From a virus (taxonomy: Duplodnaviria; Caudoviricetes), in the IMG/VR virus record IMGVR_UViG_3300030376_007529, positions 1 to 36,131 of that record: a DNA stretch of 36,131 nucleotides; one strand, given 5' to 3'. Shown piece after piece: positions 17,811 through 26,408 of the stretch. Numbering within the stretch: the first letter of the stretch is position 1; each line of letters begins with the position of its first letter. Position numbers and translations under genes: made by a program. The notes under the pieces were generated by a model, which did no database searches, was not told the origin of the DNA, and saw nothing but the letters and a program-made list of their open reading frames with translations.

Positions 17811-18227
17811 ATGTCAGAAAAAATTAAATTACAAGATACTTTTGATCCTAATTCAAAAATTGAAAACATAACTCTTAGTGCTACATATATATTTGCATTA
17901 GAAGAACTAATGATGTATTATATAATGGGTATGGACGAACCAGACCAAGTCAAAAAGATGTATAAAAAATTTGAAGATTATGTTAAAGGTGATATTGACA
18001 TTGAAGCTAATCCTTTTTCTAAAGAAGAAAGACATCTTTATACAATATTTTCATTGCAACAATTACTTAGAGCTAAGGCTTATGAACAAGGCTTAAACGT
18101 TAAAGTTAAAGGTACAGTAAGTAAAGAAACTTTAGCTGAGTTGATGAAAGCTACTGTAGAAAATGATATGGAAGCTTTAAAAAAGATTAATGAAAAACTC
18201 AAAGAAGAGCTTGAAACATCATCTTAA
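17811..18227 (+). CDS. Hypothetical protein, lone plus-strand gene in the replication arm
   Basis: 138-aa ORF with no competing minus-strand ORF and its own promoter box. Confidence 0.8.
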   Translation: MSEKIKLQDTFDPNSKIENITLSATYIFALEELMMYYIMGMDEPDQVKKMYKKFEDYVKGDIDIEANPFSKEERHLYTIFSLQQLLRAKAYEQGLNVKVKGTVSKETLAELMKATVENDMEALKKINEKLKEELETSS

Positions 18228-18602
18228 TTGAATTCCACTAAAATCTCCAATTTCTAAAGCTGCTTGTATAGCAAGATTTAAGTCAGATTTATCACATTCT
18301 GCAAAAGACTTACAATATTCTTTGTTATCTCTCATAAAACATAAACCTGCTTTTCTTTTTACTTGAAGTTTAATTTCTTCAAAAGTATAGCCAAGATCAT
18401 TAGCAATTTCTCTAATCATTGCATGCAATCTAGCTAATTGTGCATTACTACCTTTACCAGTACTAACACTTATAAACATTTCTAATTTAGCACCATCCGG
18501 TATATTTTTTAAAAATGTATTTAATCTTGTTTGTTGTGCTTTCATTGGAAAGTCAAGCTCTCCATCTTTGACAGAAAGCTTTAAAAATATATTATCTTTC
18601 AT
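18219..18602 (-). CDS. NinB-like protein
   Basis: SNAQLARLHAMIREIA..LG..FEEIK pattern. Confidence 0.5.
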   Translation of the reverse strand: MKDNIFLKLSVKDGELDFPMKAQQTRLNTFLKNIPDGAKLEMFISVSTGKGSNAQLARLHAMIREIANDLGYTFEEIKLQVKRKAGLCFMRDNKEYCKSFAECDKSDLNLAIQAALEIGDFSGIQLR

Positions 18603-18611
18603 AGATATAAT

Positions 18612-18851
18612 TTATCTGAATCTTAATGTGGTATTATCTATTCTAATAAAGTCATAACCACAATCTTGACATTCAAGAATGTTTTCTTTTTCAGTAGATA
18701 TTAAAGAATGCTTAAAGCAGTTTGGACAAGCTATTTGTTCTTTTTCTTCTGCATTTTTTAATTCTTCTACATATTTTTTCATATAGGCATCAGGATCACC
18801 TTGGTAATCTTCTGCTTGCATTTGAATGAATACTTCTTTTATTCTACCCAT
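18612..18851 (-). CDS. Zinc-ribbon protein
   Basis: CPNC...CQDCG. Confidence 0.7.
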   Translation of the reverse strand: MGRIKEVFIQMQAEDYQGDPDAYMKKYVEELKNAEEKEQIACPNCFKHSLISTEKENILECQDCGYDFIRIDNTTLRFR

Positions 18852-19037
18852 TTATAAATTTAAATTAATAAGTTGTTTAATGGAATCTGATTTCACATTA
18901 TCATCAAAGGAGTTGACAAAGATTTTTAAAGTCCAATAAGCTTTTTTATAAGTTTCAAGTTCAATCTCTAAAGATTTAGAGTTATTTTTCAAAATTTCTA
19001 TTTCTTGTTCTAAACCTTTTTTGTAAACTTTACTCAT
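18852..19037 (-). CDS. Hypothetical coiled-coil protein
   Basis: 61-aa ORF abutting neighbours. Confidence 0.6.
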   Translation of the reverse strand: MSKVYKKGLEQEIEILKNNSKSLEIELETYKKAYWTLKIFVNSFDDNVKSDSIKQLINLNL

Positions 19038-19320
19038 AATCTTCTTTTAATTTAATATGAACTTCATGTTTATAATCTATAGACCCTTCAATTCTTTTAC
19101 AAAAATGTTGACTAACACTTTGAAATAGTTTTTCTCCATCCTCGTCTACTAATAAATGAAGAACATCCCAATGATATACATCATCAGTAGTATAATCAAG
19201 GACCATATGTATTGCTCCTTTTCTAGCAGCTTCTTTCATTTGCTCATAGCATTTGTCTGCTTCTTTTTTAAGTCTTATTTTTCTAACGTCATGATTAAAT
19301 TTTAATCTTTTGTATGCCAT
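19030..19320 (-). CDS. Hypothetical protein
   Basis: 96-aa ORF in operon. Confidence 0.65.
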   Translation of the reverse strand: MAYKRLKFNHDVRKIRLKKEADKCYEQMKEAARKGAIHMVLDYTTDDVYHWDVLHLLVDEDGEKLFQSVSQHFCKRIEGSIDYKHEVHIKLKEDYE

Positions 19321-19323
19321 AAG

Positions 19324-19596
19324 TTATTTAATTTTTGCAGTTAAACCATTATCTAATAATGCAACACACATAGGTTCTAATTTTTCATAGTAATCCTTTT
19401 TAACAGTGCATTTACCATTATTGTGTACTATAAGAGCACATTGTTCTGCTTGTGAAAGTTTATGATCACAGTATTCTATTAAACAGCTTATAACGTGATT
19501 AAATGAATTATGATCATCATTGTATAGTATTAAATCCTTACTTTCCGTTTGTTTAGTAAGTTCTTCAACTATTGTTTCTATTTCTGGTATTGACAT
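19324..19596 (-). CDS. clpS: Clp protease adaptor ClpS (Bacteroidota type)
   Basis: LILYNDDHNSF.HVI..L...C.H...QAEQCA.IVH..GKC.VK. Confidence 0.9.
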   Translation of the reverse strand: MSIPEIETIVEELTKQTESKDLILYNDDHNSFNHVISCLIEYCDHKLSQAEQCALIVHNNGKCTVKKDYYEKLEPMCVALLDNGLTAKIK

Positions 19597-19678
19597 TTTT
19601 ATTTTTATTATTTTTTACAATTAATGCATATAATTCCAGATTAACATTATCCCAATATTTTGTCCATTCTAAATTCAC
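19565..19678 (-). CDS. Possible 37-aa micro-ORF (GTG start)
   Basis: MNLEWTKYWDNVNLELYALIVKNN...; lies in the gap between helicase and clpS and overlaps the clpS start; weak. Confidence 0.3.
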   Translation of the reverse strand: MNLEWTKYWDNVNLELYALIVKNNKNKNVNTRNRNNS

Positions 19679-19727
19679 TGTATTAATATACAAAAATTTA
19701 AAGTAAATAGCAGATTATATTCATCTG

Positions 19728-20831
19728 CTATTTATCTAAAGGGTTAAAATATACAATTTTAGTTTTATCAAATGATTTTAGAGCTCTTTCAACCCATTTC
19801 TCATCCACTGTATTTTCATAACACAATATATGACAAACAGCTTTTTGATCAGGAGATAGCCTTAATAGTCTTCCTATCCTTTGGGCAGTTTTCCTTTCAT
19901 TACCATAAGCATGCATAATAATACCTTGACGCAGATTAGGAATAGATATACCCTCACTGAGCTGTAATACACAAGATAATTTGTCAATTCTTCCATCACT
20001 AAATAGTTCTAAATTAAAATCTGAATTTGCATTTCCGGAATGATAACTATAACTACAAATTCTATCTGCTTGTTTTTGAGTATTTGCAAATATAATACAC
20101 TTTTGACCTATATTAGTTAATAAACCTTTAGTATACTCTTCTTTTGTAGTATATTCCATTAAACCACGCATTCTCATTATTGCTGAAAATTGTTGTTGTT
20201 TAGATGTTATAGCTTGGTCAACTCTAGAACATAGATAATTATAATCTTTTAATTCTGAAGTATACCATTTTTTACCATTCTTTGTTTGTTTTTTAAACGT
20301 ACTAAGTTTAGACAACTGAAGTTTATGAATTATTATTTTATAATCATTCAATATATTTTTATCTGTTGCCTCATCTACTGAAAATTTATATATAATAGGA
20401 CAGTATTTTTCAACCATTCTATATTTTTCAGAATTTTTTCTTTCAGGTGGAGTACCAGTTAATCCAAGTATCTTACCTTTAAAGTTTTTTAAAAAAGGAT
20501 CATGCTTTTCTAATAAACTATGACATTCATCAAGATAAACTATATCATAATCATCCGGATTATGTTTATTTATTGATAGATATGTACTAAATGTAAGGTG
20601 ACTTTCCATACTCTGAATATTCATCTTTTCAAGTTCATCCATCCAAGATTGTGATACTGAGTTTTTTGGTATTACCACAAGAGCCTTTATAAAAGGATTA
20701 TAGTTTTTCTGTAGATGTTGTATTGCTATTCTAGTTTTACCAACACCCATAGAGATTCCTAGACCACAACGCTGGTGGTCTAGTGTCATCTCTAAGACTT
20801 TTTTTTGAATCTTATCTCTGTTATTGGGCAT
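19728..20831 (-). CDS. Superfamily 2 DEAD/DEAH-type helicase
   Basis: MGVGKT, DECH, GLTGTP, LSEGISIP, QRIGRLLR. Confidence 0.88.
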   Translation of the reverse strand: MPNNRDKIQKKVLEMTLDHQRCGLGISMGVGKTRIAIQHLQKNYNPFIKALVVIPKNSVSQSWMDELEKMNIQSMESHLTFSTYLSINKHNPDDYDIVYLDECHSLLEKHDPFLKNFKGKILGLTGTPPERKNSEKYRMVEKYCPIIYKFSVDEATDKNILNDYKIIIHKLQLSKLSTFKKQTKNGKKWYTSELKDYNYLCSRVDQAITSKQQQFSAIMRMRGLMEYTTKEEYTKGLLTNIGQKCIIFANTQKQADRICSYSYHSGNANSDFNLELFSDGRIDKLSCVLQLSEGISIPNLRQGIIMHAYGNERKTAQRIGRLLRLSPDQKAVCHILCYENTVDEKWVERALKSFDKTKIVYFNPLDK

Positions 20832-21540
20832 GTCTTACAAAATCTTTAGCTGAATCATATTTAAAATTACAATCTTTTTGCATTTTTTTAATTATTTCAT
20901 CAGTTAATCTATAAACTTCAACAGGTTCCCAAGTTAACAAGTCTTCTTGTTTTGCTCCTGAACCAATATTATGTACAACTAAATGACGTGAATCATATTT
21001 AGATTTCACTACAATTCCTGTATGACCATTAGCAATATCCCAGAATAATATATCTCCTGGTTTATAGTCACTCATGTTATCAGGTCTTTCAATACCCGCA
21101 TCTAATCTAGTTAAATAACTCTGAATATTTTGAGTTCTTCTATGATCAATGTTTTTGTCAACATGCTTTATTCTTTTACGAATTCTATAAACATCAAGAT
21201 TTTTTTTCATATCCTTATGGATTAGTTCTTGTAAATCTATATCAGCAACTCTAAGAGCTCTAATTACAACATCTGTACAAACACCTTGTTGGTATCCAGG
21301 ATCTCCTCCTGGATATCCTATGCTTACATAAGATCCATCATATTGAGTATCTTGCTCTGTTTGTTTCATTGCATGATCTATAATTTTTCCAAGATCAGTT
21401 GTATCTTTAGATACTATATCACTTGCTTCATAAGTAATCATATCTTCTCTATGGACAACATTACTTACATCAACTTTTCCACAAGCTGATAAAATAGTTA
21501 ATGCTGCTAAAATTTTAATTATGTTTTTGCTATTCTTCAT
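20821..21540 (-). CDS. DUF1287 (YijF-like, NlpC/P60-related) lipoprotein
   Basis: Lipobox LSAC; YDGSY..IGYPGGD, GVCTDVVIRA, IDHRR, PGDI..W, HTGIV, VVHNIG. Confidence 0.85.
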   Translation of the reverse strand: MKNSKNIIKILAALTILSACGKVDVSNVVHREDMITYEASDIVSKDTTDLGKIIDHAMKQTEQDTQYDGSYVSIGYPGGDPGYQQGVCTDVVIRALRVADIDLQELIHKDMKKNLDVYRIRKRIKHVDKNIDHRRTQNIQSYLTRLDAGIERPDNMSDYKPGDILFWDIANGHTGIVVKSKYDSRHLVVHNIGSGAKQEDLLTWEPVEVYRLTDEIIKKMQKDCNFKYDSAKDFVRHAQ

Positions 21541-21557
21541 GGTTTTAGTATTAATAA

Positions 21558-21818
21558 TTATTTTGATATAGAAAATCCTAATTCTTTAGCATCTTCCGGA
21601 TTATTTTCTATCCACGTATGACAATTACGACACACTGGAAGCCATGTACTGGTATCTAATAGATACTTTCCACGACCTCTCATATGGTGAATGTCTGTTG
21701 TTTTTAAAGTACAACGACTTATTTTTGCATGACACATTTCTTTATCAGCAAGAAACTCTTTTCTAAGTTTACTATACTGATTGTTTAAACGGGTCATTTT
21801 TGTAGACATTTTCTTCAT
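21558..21818 (-). CDS. Small HNH-type endonuclease
   Basis: DIHH.RGRG...W..VCRNCH. Confidence 0.7.
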   Translation of the reverse strand: MKKMSTKMTRLNNQYSKLRKEFLADKEMCHAKISRCTLKTTDIHHMRGRGKYLLDTSTWLPVCRNCHTWIENNPEDAKELGFSISK

Positions 21819-22339
21819 TTTATAGAGAGAAAATTTCTAGGTAACAATCCTACAGACATAAACTTTAATATAACATCTTCATAGGTCAAGCCCACTTCTT
21901 TAAGTGTCATTTTGTTTATGTAAGTAGTATCTGTTTCTGTAGTAGGTACTTCCATAATAGATCTGATCCATGGAATGTTTCCAAATCCTTCAAATTCTAT
22001 TGCATGTTTAGCTAACCAATCATTACATCTTTTATTTGTAATTTCTTGCTTCCAAACATTTAAAGTATCTTGAGCACGTTTCCATACTTTTCTAATTCTA
22101 CGCTTCTTGTCCCAATGCATATTGGCAACTTCTTCTTTAGAATATACATTTAATCCGTGAAGCACTCTTTTAAATGCAAAGTGCTGCGCAGGATTTAATT
22201 TAGAATATTGTAATTTGTTAGATCCATATAATTGGTACTCATTTAATATTCCATAGTAAGAATATCTTTCTTTTCTTTTTTCTAATTGAGAAATGGCACT
22301 CTCTTTTATTAAAAATTCTTTTTGTTCTGGTGATAACAT
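21815..22339 (-). CDS. Hypothetical phage protein
   Basis: 174-aa ORF ending GLLPRNFL. Confidence 0.75.
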   Translation of the reverse strand: MLSPEQKEFLIKESAISQLEKRKERYSYYGILNEYQLYGSNKLQYSKLNPAQHFAFKRVLHGLNVYSKEEVANMHWDKKRRIRKVWKRAQDTLNVWKQEITNKRCNDWLAKHAIEFEGFGNIPWIRSIMEVPTTETDTTYINKMTLKEVGLTYEDVILKFMSVGLLPRNFLSIK

Positions 22340-22362
22340 AATTTCTGGGGGTTTTAAATAAG

Positions 22363-22388
22363 AAAAGGGCTAAACTAATAGCCCTTTT
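22363..22388. terminator. Terminator-like hairpin
   Basis: AAAAGGGCTA-aactaa-TAGCCCTTTT. Confidence 0.7.
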
Positions 22389-22410
22389 ACTTTGGTTTTA
22401 ATATATAATT

Positions 22411-23010
22411 TTATAGTTCAAAAGCATCTTCATCATCTTCCACCTCTTCCACTACTTCTTCTTCTTCAATTTCAGAACTTACTTCTTGTTCTTCTTCAGC
22501 TTCTTCAGTTATATCTAAAGAATCTTCAGTATTCTCAGACTTAAACTCATCTTTAGCTATTTGTTCAGCTCCATTTAAATAAGCCTCTCTAACGGCAGCA
22601 CCATTTGCATGAGCTATAAGCTCATCAGGTATAAGACCTGTTTCATCATAAAAAGTTATTCTATGAATTGGTTCTCCATCAGCAGTGCATAATATAGGTC
22701 CATCTGCACCTGCTCTTTTAATTGATCTTTCTGGATCAGCCTCATCAAATGGTGTTAGTTGTTCTTTAATAACAATATTACCTTCAAGTTTTTTAGATTT
22801 AGTATAACCTTGAGATTTAAGAGCATCTATTTCACCCATAATACGGGCTTTCTTTGTTATGTTTTTAATCCAAGTAGTTGAACCACTTAAAGTAAGTTTT
22901 GTAGATTCTTGTGCTACAATAACATATCCATAATCTGGATTTTTAGTCTGACGTATGATATTACCATTTTCATCAGGCACAATTGTGACTTTGCTTTCTT
23001 TTTTTGACAT
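22411..23010 (-). CDS. Acidic-tailed protein, possible second ssDNA-binding protein
   Basis: Beta-rich N-terminus, Glu-rich tail ending DEDAFEL, own terminator; function inferred. Confidence 0.6.
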   Translation of the reverse strand: MSKKESKVTIVPDENGNIIRQTKNPDYGYVIVAQESTKLTLSGSTTWIKNITKKARIMGEIDALKSQGYTKSKKLEGNIVIKEQLTPFDEADPERSIKRAGADGPILCTADGEPIHRITFYDETGLIPDELIAHANGAAVREAYLNGAEQIAKDEFKSENTEDSLDITEEAEEEQEVSSEIEEEEVVEEVEDDEDAFEL

Positions 23011-23042
23011 TTGTTAATAGATTAACGGGTTAATAAAAAATT

Positions 23043-23309
23043 TTAGATATCATCTGGTAGAAAATCCGGATCCTCTAATTTTTCTATATTATCTATTTCA
23101 TCAAGGGAAGGTTCATATTCATCCATGTCTTCAAATGCTGCTTCAGCAGCTTTCTTACCGGCAAATGAACTATAGAATGGATTACCATCTGTGTCTTTTG
23201 TATACATTGGGCCCAAACCATTCAGTTCTTGAATTTCATAATCTTCAAGTTCTAAATATAGTTCTACTGAACACTCAATTATACGACCATTAGGTAATTG
23301 AATTATCAT
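23043..23309 (-). CDS. Acidic hypothetical protein
   Basis: MIIQLPNGRII..SVE.YL start; very acidic. Confidence 0.7.
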   Translation of the reverse strand: MIIQLPNGRIIECSVELYLELEDYEIQELNGLGPMYTKDTDGNPFYSSFAGKKAAEAAFEDMDEYEPSLDEIDNIEKLEDPDFLPDDI

Positions 23310-23347
23310 GATTAAATTTTAATCATTGGTTTTGATTAGTATTTAAT

Positions 23348-23355
23348 CAAAAATA
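23348..23355 (-). promoter_or_regulatory. Possible -7 box
   Basis: TATTTTTG on the minus strand in an AT-rich gap; could be chance. Confidence 0.35.
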
Positions 23356-23436
23356 ATTAAATAATTAAACTAAATAAAACGTTTAATGTATTTTTTATCT
23401 ATTTTGATGAAATTAATTTATAATAATATAGCTAAC

Positions 23437-23676
23437 TTAGATTAACTTTATTTTCTTACCAACTCTTTTTATGTAGTTTTTACACTTGAGTTCTTTAATA
23501 TATACAGATATTTGCGTAGTACTTTTATTACTAATATCTGCTAATGTTGATATTGACGGATAGCAAGTTCTGGATTTATTAGCATAACATGTTAATAATG
23601 CATATAATCCTTTTGCTTGTATTGATAGCTCCGGATCAGTCATTACTTCATGGTTTACTATACCAAATCTTTTCAC
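23437..23676 (-). CDS. Helix-turn-helix (HTH_36-like) DNA-binding protein
   Basis: LS..AKGLYALL..YA....CYPSISTLA. Confidence 0.8.
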   Translation of the reverse strand: MKRFGIVNHEVMTDPELSIQAKGLYALLTCYANKSRTCYPSISTLADISNKSTTQISVYIKELKCKNYIKRVGKKIKLI

Positions 23677-23882
23677 TTCATATCTTTTATTTCAATAGTG
23701 TGATTGTTTTTAACGTGTGAATAGGCATCATAATCTGAAAGTTCTAATAAATGGTGGTCTTTAAAATTATACTTATCATTTATTTCTTCTCCAAAAGATT
23801 TTTCTTTATTTCTTAAGAAGTTTTTTAAACTGTTATAAGTTTCCCACTCTTTTTCTAGTAATTCAATAGTTATAGATGCCAT
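23673..23882 (-). CDS. Hypothetical protein
   Basis: 69-aa ORF in operon. Confidence 0.6.
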   Translation of the reverse strand: MASITIELLEKEWETYNSLKNFLRNKEKSFGEEINDKYNFKDHHLLELSDYDAYSHVKNNHTIEIKDMK

Positions 23883-23884
23883 AT

Positions 23885-24331
23885 TTATGTATAATAAGGA
23901 ATTTCCTCTTTTTTAATCTTAGTTAGTGTTGCACTGTTGACTTGCATACTTACCCTTTTAATTTTCTTTTCTTTATCATGGATAAAAATATGAATGGTCA
24001 TCATTGGAGTATATGGATTATGATCACGCCAAGTATTTACATCACTTTGAACTTCACCAAAGATATAATTATTGTCATATAATCCCAAATCCATTAATAC
24101 ATCTAACTCATATATTTCAGATTTTAAATCTGCTGGAATTCTTAGTTTAACAAAATCTCCTGGAAATAATGGTTTCCATATTGTCTTTTTAGCAAGCAGC
24201 TTTAATATAAATTCTGCTGTTGCACTGCTAAGATTTGAATTAATACATTTACGTATTGGTTCAATATTCTTTATGTCAGTAACGTAGAGATTCTTAAAAA
24301 TAAAATCTAAATGTTCATCATCAATTATCAT
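23885..24331 (-). CDS. Hypothetical protein
   Basis: 148-aa ORF in operon. Confidence 0.7.
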   Translation of the reverse strand: MIIDDEHLDFIFKNLYVTDIKNIEPIRKCINSNLSSATAEFILKLLAKKTIWKPLFPGDFVKLRIPADLKSEIYELDVLMDLGLYDNNYIFGEVQSDVNTWRDHNPYTPMMTIHIFIHDKEKKIKRVSMQVNSATLTKIKKEEIPYYT

Positions 24332-24501
24332 AATTCTTTTTTAAAATAAATAAATTGATAGTAACAGAGGCCATAAAGACCTCTGCTCTATCGGTTACCA
24401 CTCATCAACCAAAAACTTAAATATGCAATAACTATAACCTTAATGAGTGAGTATTATTAATAACCATAATACTGGTGTTGTTAGTGTACGGTATACCGTA
24501 A

Positions 24502-25077
24502 TTATTTTAATAAACTATTAGGAAGCATCCATTTTGGAGAGTTAACACTTAAGTGCTCATACTCTACCAGATTGGGTAATTCTCCAAGTTCAGAAACAGG
24601 GATGTGCTTGTAATTACTTTTAACTCTATAAAATATCTTTTGCATTTCTTTAATGCAGTTTATATTTTCTTTATGAGACAAGAAATTAAAACCATTAGTT
24701 TCACCTATAAAATCTGCAATAATACAGTCATGAAGGAAAGTAAAATTTAATTTAAAATCCATTATTTCAAGACCATTAAATATTTTAACATTTTCTTGAA
24801 GAGAAAATACTGCGTTATGAAATGAACAGCTGGGTATGTATAAATCACTAATTTCTTTGTGTTTTTTATTCATCCATTTTGCTTGAATTGTTTCTAAATT
24901 AATATTTAATTCAGTAATATCTTTATTAAAAAAGTATTGTTGTGTAGATGATGCATTAAAATAGTTATTAGAATATACAATTGATTTTCCACCTACTACT
25001 GGGTTATCATAGTGTCCAAAAGAAAGAGAGTGTCCTTTAAAAGAATCTCCTCTTCTTATATTAAGTATTGTTTTCAT
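24502..25077 (-). CDS. Hypothetical protein (start re-called to ATG 25077)
   Basis: The track start lies inside the hairpin at 25095-25116; MKTIL start preferred. Confidence 0.65.
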   Translation of the reverse strand: MKTILNIRRGDSFKGHSLSFGHYDNPVVGGKSIVYSNNYFNASSTQQYFFNKDITELNINLETIQAKWMNKKHKEISDLYIPSCSFHNAVFSLQENVKIFNGLEIMDFKLNFTFLHDCIIADFIGETNGFNFLSHKENINCIKEMQKIFYRVKSNYKHIPVSELGELPNLVEYEHLSVNSPKWMLPNSLLK

Positions 25078-25129
25078 GGGTTGAGAGTTATAATGGGACC
25101 TCAACTAAGAGGCCCCAATAGGTTATAAA

Positions 25130-25207
25130 TTAATTAATCATTAGGGATACTGCTGTAATAAGCGTAAACCAACATGCAACAAGTGCAAAAGCGGGTATCT
25201 TTTTCAT
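25130..25207 (-). CDS. 25-aa hydrophobic micro-ORF
   Basis: MKKIPAFALVACWFTLITAVSLMIN*; TTAAACC leader, hairpin right after the stop. Confidence 0.5.
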   Translation of the reverse strand: MKKIPAFALVACWFTLITAVSLMIN

Positions 25208-25235
25208 AGTATAAATTTTAAGGGTTTAACAATTT

Positions 25236-25553
25236 TTAGTTTAAACAGATAGCATCTGGATGAGTAAGAGAAAATCTTGCTCCTTCAACCAGAGTATTTT
25301 TTATGTCTAATAATAGTTTTAAATAACCATTATTAAAGTGCATTCTATATTCAATAGGTAATTCACGATAACTATTTATTATTTTTAAAGATCTAATTAC
25401 TCTATTATAATCTTCACGTGGATGTGATTTACTCATAGTTATAAGATCTTTGGCAAACTTATGAAATTTTATAACTGCTTCATTATCAAGTGCTTCAAAG
25501 TCAGTTGCCATTCTTACTGTAAGTAAATCTGCTATACGATTTGGGTCTAACAT
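25236..25553 (-). CDS. Hypothetical protein (start re-called to ATG 25553)
   Basis: MLDPNRIAD...; the track TTG start lies inside a stem. Confidence 0.65.
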   Translation of the reverse strand: MLDPNRIADLLTVRMATDFEALDNEAVIKFHKFAKDLITMSKSHPREDYNRVIRSLKIINSYRELPIEYRMHFNNGYLKLLLDIKNTLVEGARFSLTHPDAICLN

Positions 25554-25672
25554 AGTGGTATGTATTAAATTAAAAAAAAATTCCAAGCCAGTTTATGCTA
25601 TCCTAAAGATATATATAAACTAAACTAAATTACTGTGGTGATAGACTTATCAACTGGCTGGAACTTAAGAGG

Positions 25673-25807
25673 TTATTCTGAACTATTATTATAGTCCAGC
25701 TGATGTATTAGCCAATGAATAGATAAATAAAAACTTATCATTAACATTGGAATCCCTGCAGCTTTTTGTTCAACTACAAGGAGTAGAGTTATTAGAAGAT
25801 TAAACAT
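25673..25807 (-). CDS. 44-aa hydrophobic micro-ORF
   Basis: MFNLLITLLLVVEQKAAGIPMLMISFYLSIHWLIHQLDYNNSSE*; starts 11 nt after the upstream stop. Confidence 0.4.
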   Translation of the reverse strand: MFNLLITLLLVVEQKAAGIPMLMISFYLSIHWLIHQLDYNNSSE

Positions 25808-25818
25808 TATAATTAATC

Positions 25819-26232
25819 TCATAGCATCTCAGCTTTAAGATTAATGTCTCCATTTTCATAGAGCTTTGTTAATCTAAAATCAAAAGACCAAAATAAAAGT
25901 ATACCTTCATAGTTAATATGTTTTTTATAGGTATAATCTGTAACTCTTCTACCTATTGCAATACCTAAAGCAGGTATCATTTCAACAGATAGTTCTACAC
26001 TTCTTTTGATCTTTACATTTTTCTTACGGCCTGTACTTACTATAAAACAGGCAACGGATCCGCTAGCTGTTAGGATTGACCATACAATTGGTATCCATAT
26101 AGGAGTTGTAGCTCTAAGTGATTCAGTTATTCCAACTGCTTCTAATGCGAATAATAAGGATACTACACCGAGTAGTGCTCCCACAATGAAGTAAATACTC
26201 TTTATTATTTTAACTTGTGTTTCTTTTTTCAT
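25819..26232 (-). CDS. Membrane protein with two predicted TM helices
   Basis: Hydrophobic stretches IYFIVGALLGVVSLLFAL and IWIPIVWSILTASGSVACFIV. Confidence 0.7.
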   Translation of the reverse strand: MKKETQVKIIKSIYFIVGALLGVVSLLFALEAVGITESLRATTPIWIPIVWSILTASGSVACFIVSTGRKKNVKIKRSVELSVEMIPALGIAIGRRVTDYTYKKHINYEGILLFWSFDFRLTKLYENGDINLKAEML

Positions 26233-26251
26233 GATTTAAGGTTTAAGTGGT

Positions 26252-26332
26252 TTAAATTAAAAGTGTTATAACAGTTACACATACTAATATGCTACATACT
26301 GTTATTAATTCTTGGATGGTGGTTTTTTCCAT
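26252..26332 (-). CDS. 26-aa hydrophobic micro-ORF
   Basis: MEKTTIQELITVCSILVCVTVITLLI*. Confidence 0.45.
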   Translation of the reverse strand: MEKTTIQELITVCSILVCVTVITLLI

Positions 26333-26408
26333 AATAAAAGTTTAAAAGAAATACTTGTTAAGGTACAAGTATTAAAACCTTTCTTGTTCAAAGCACAAGA
26401 ATTGCTTA

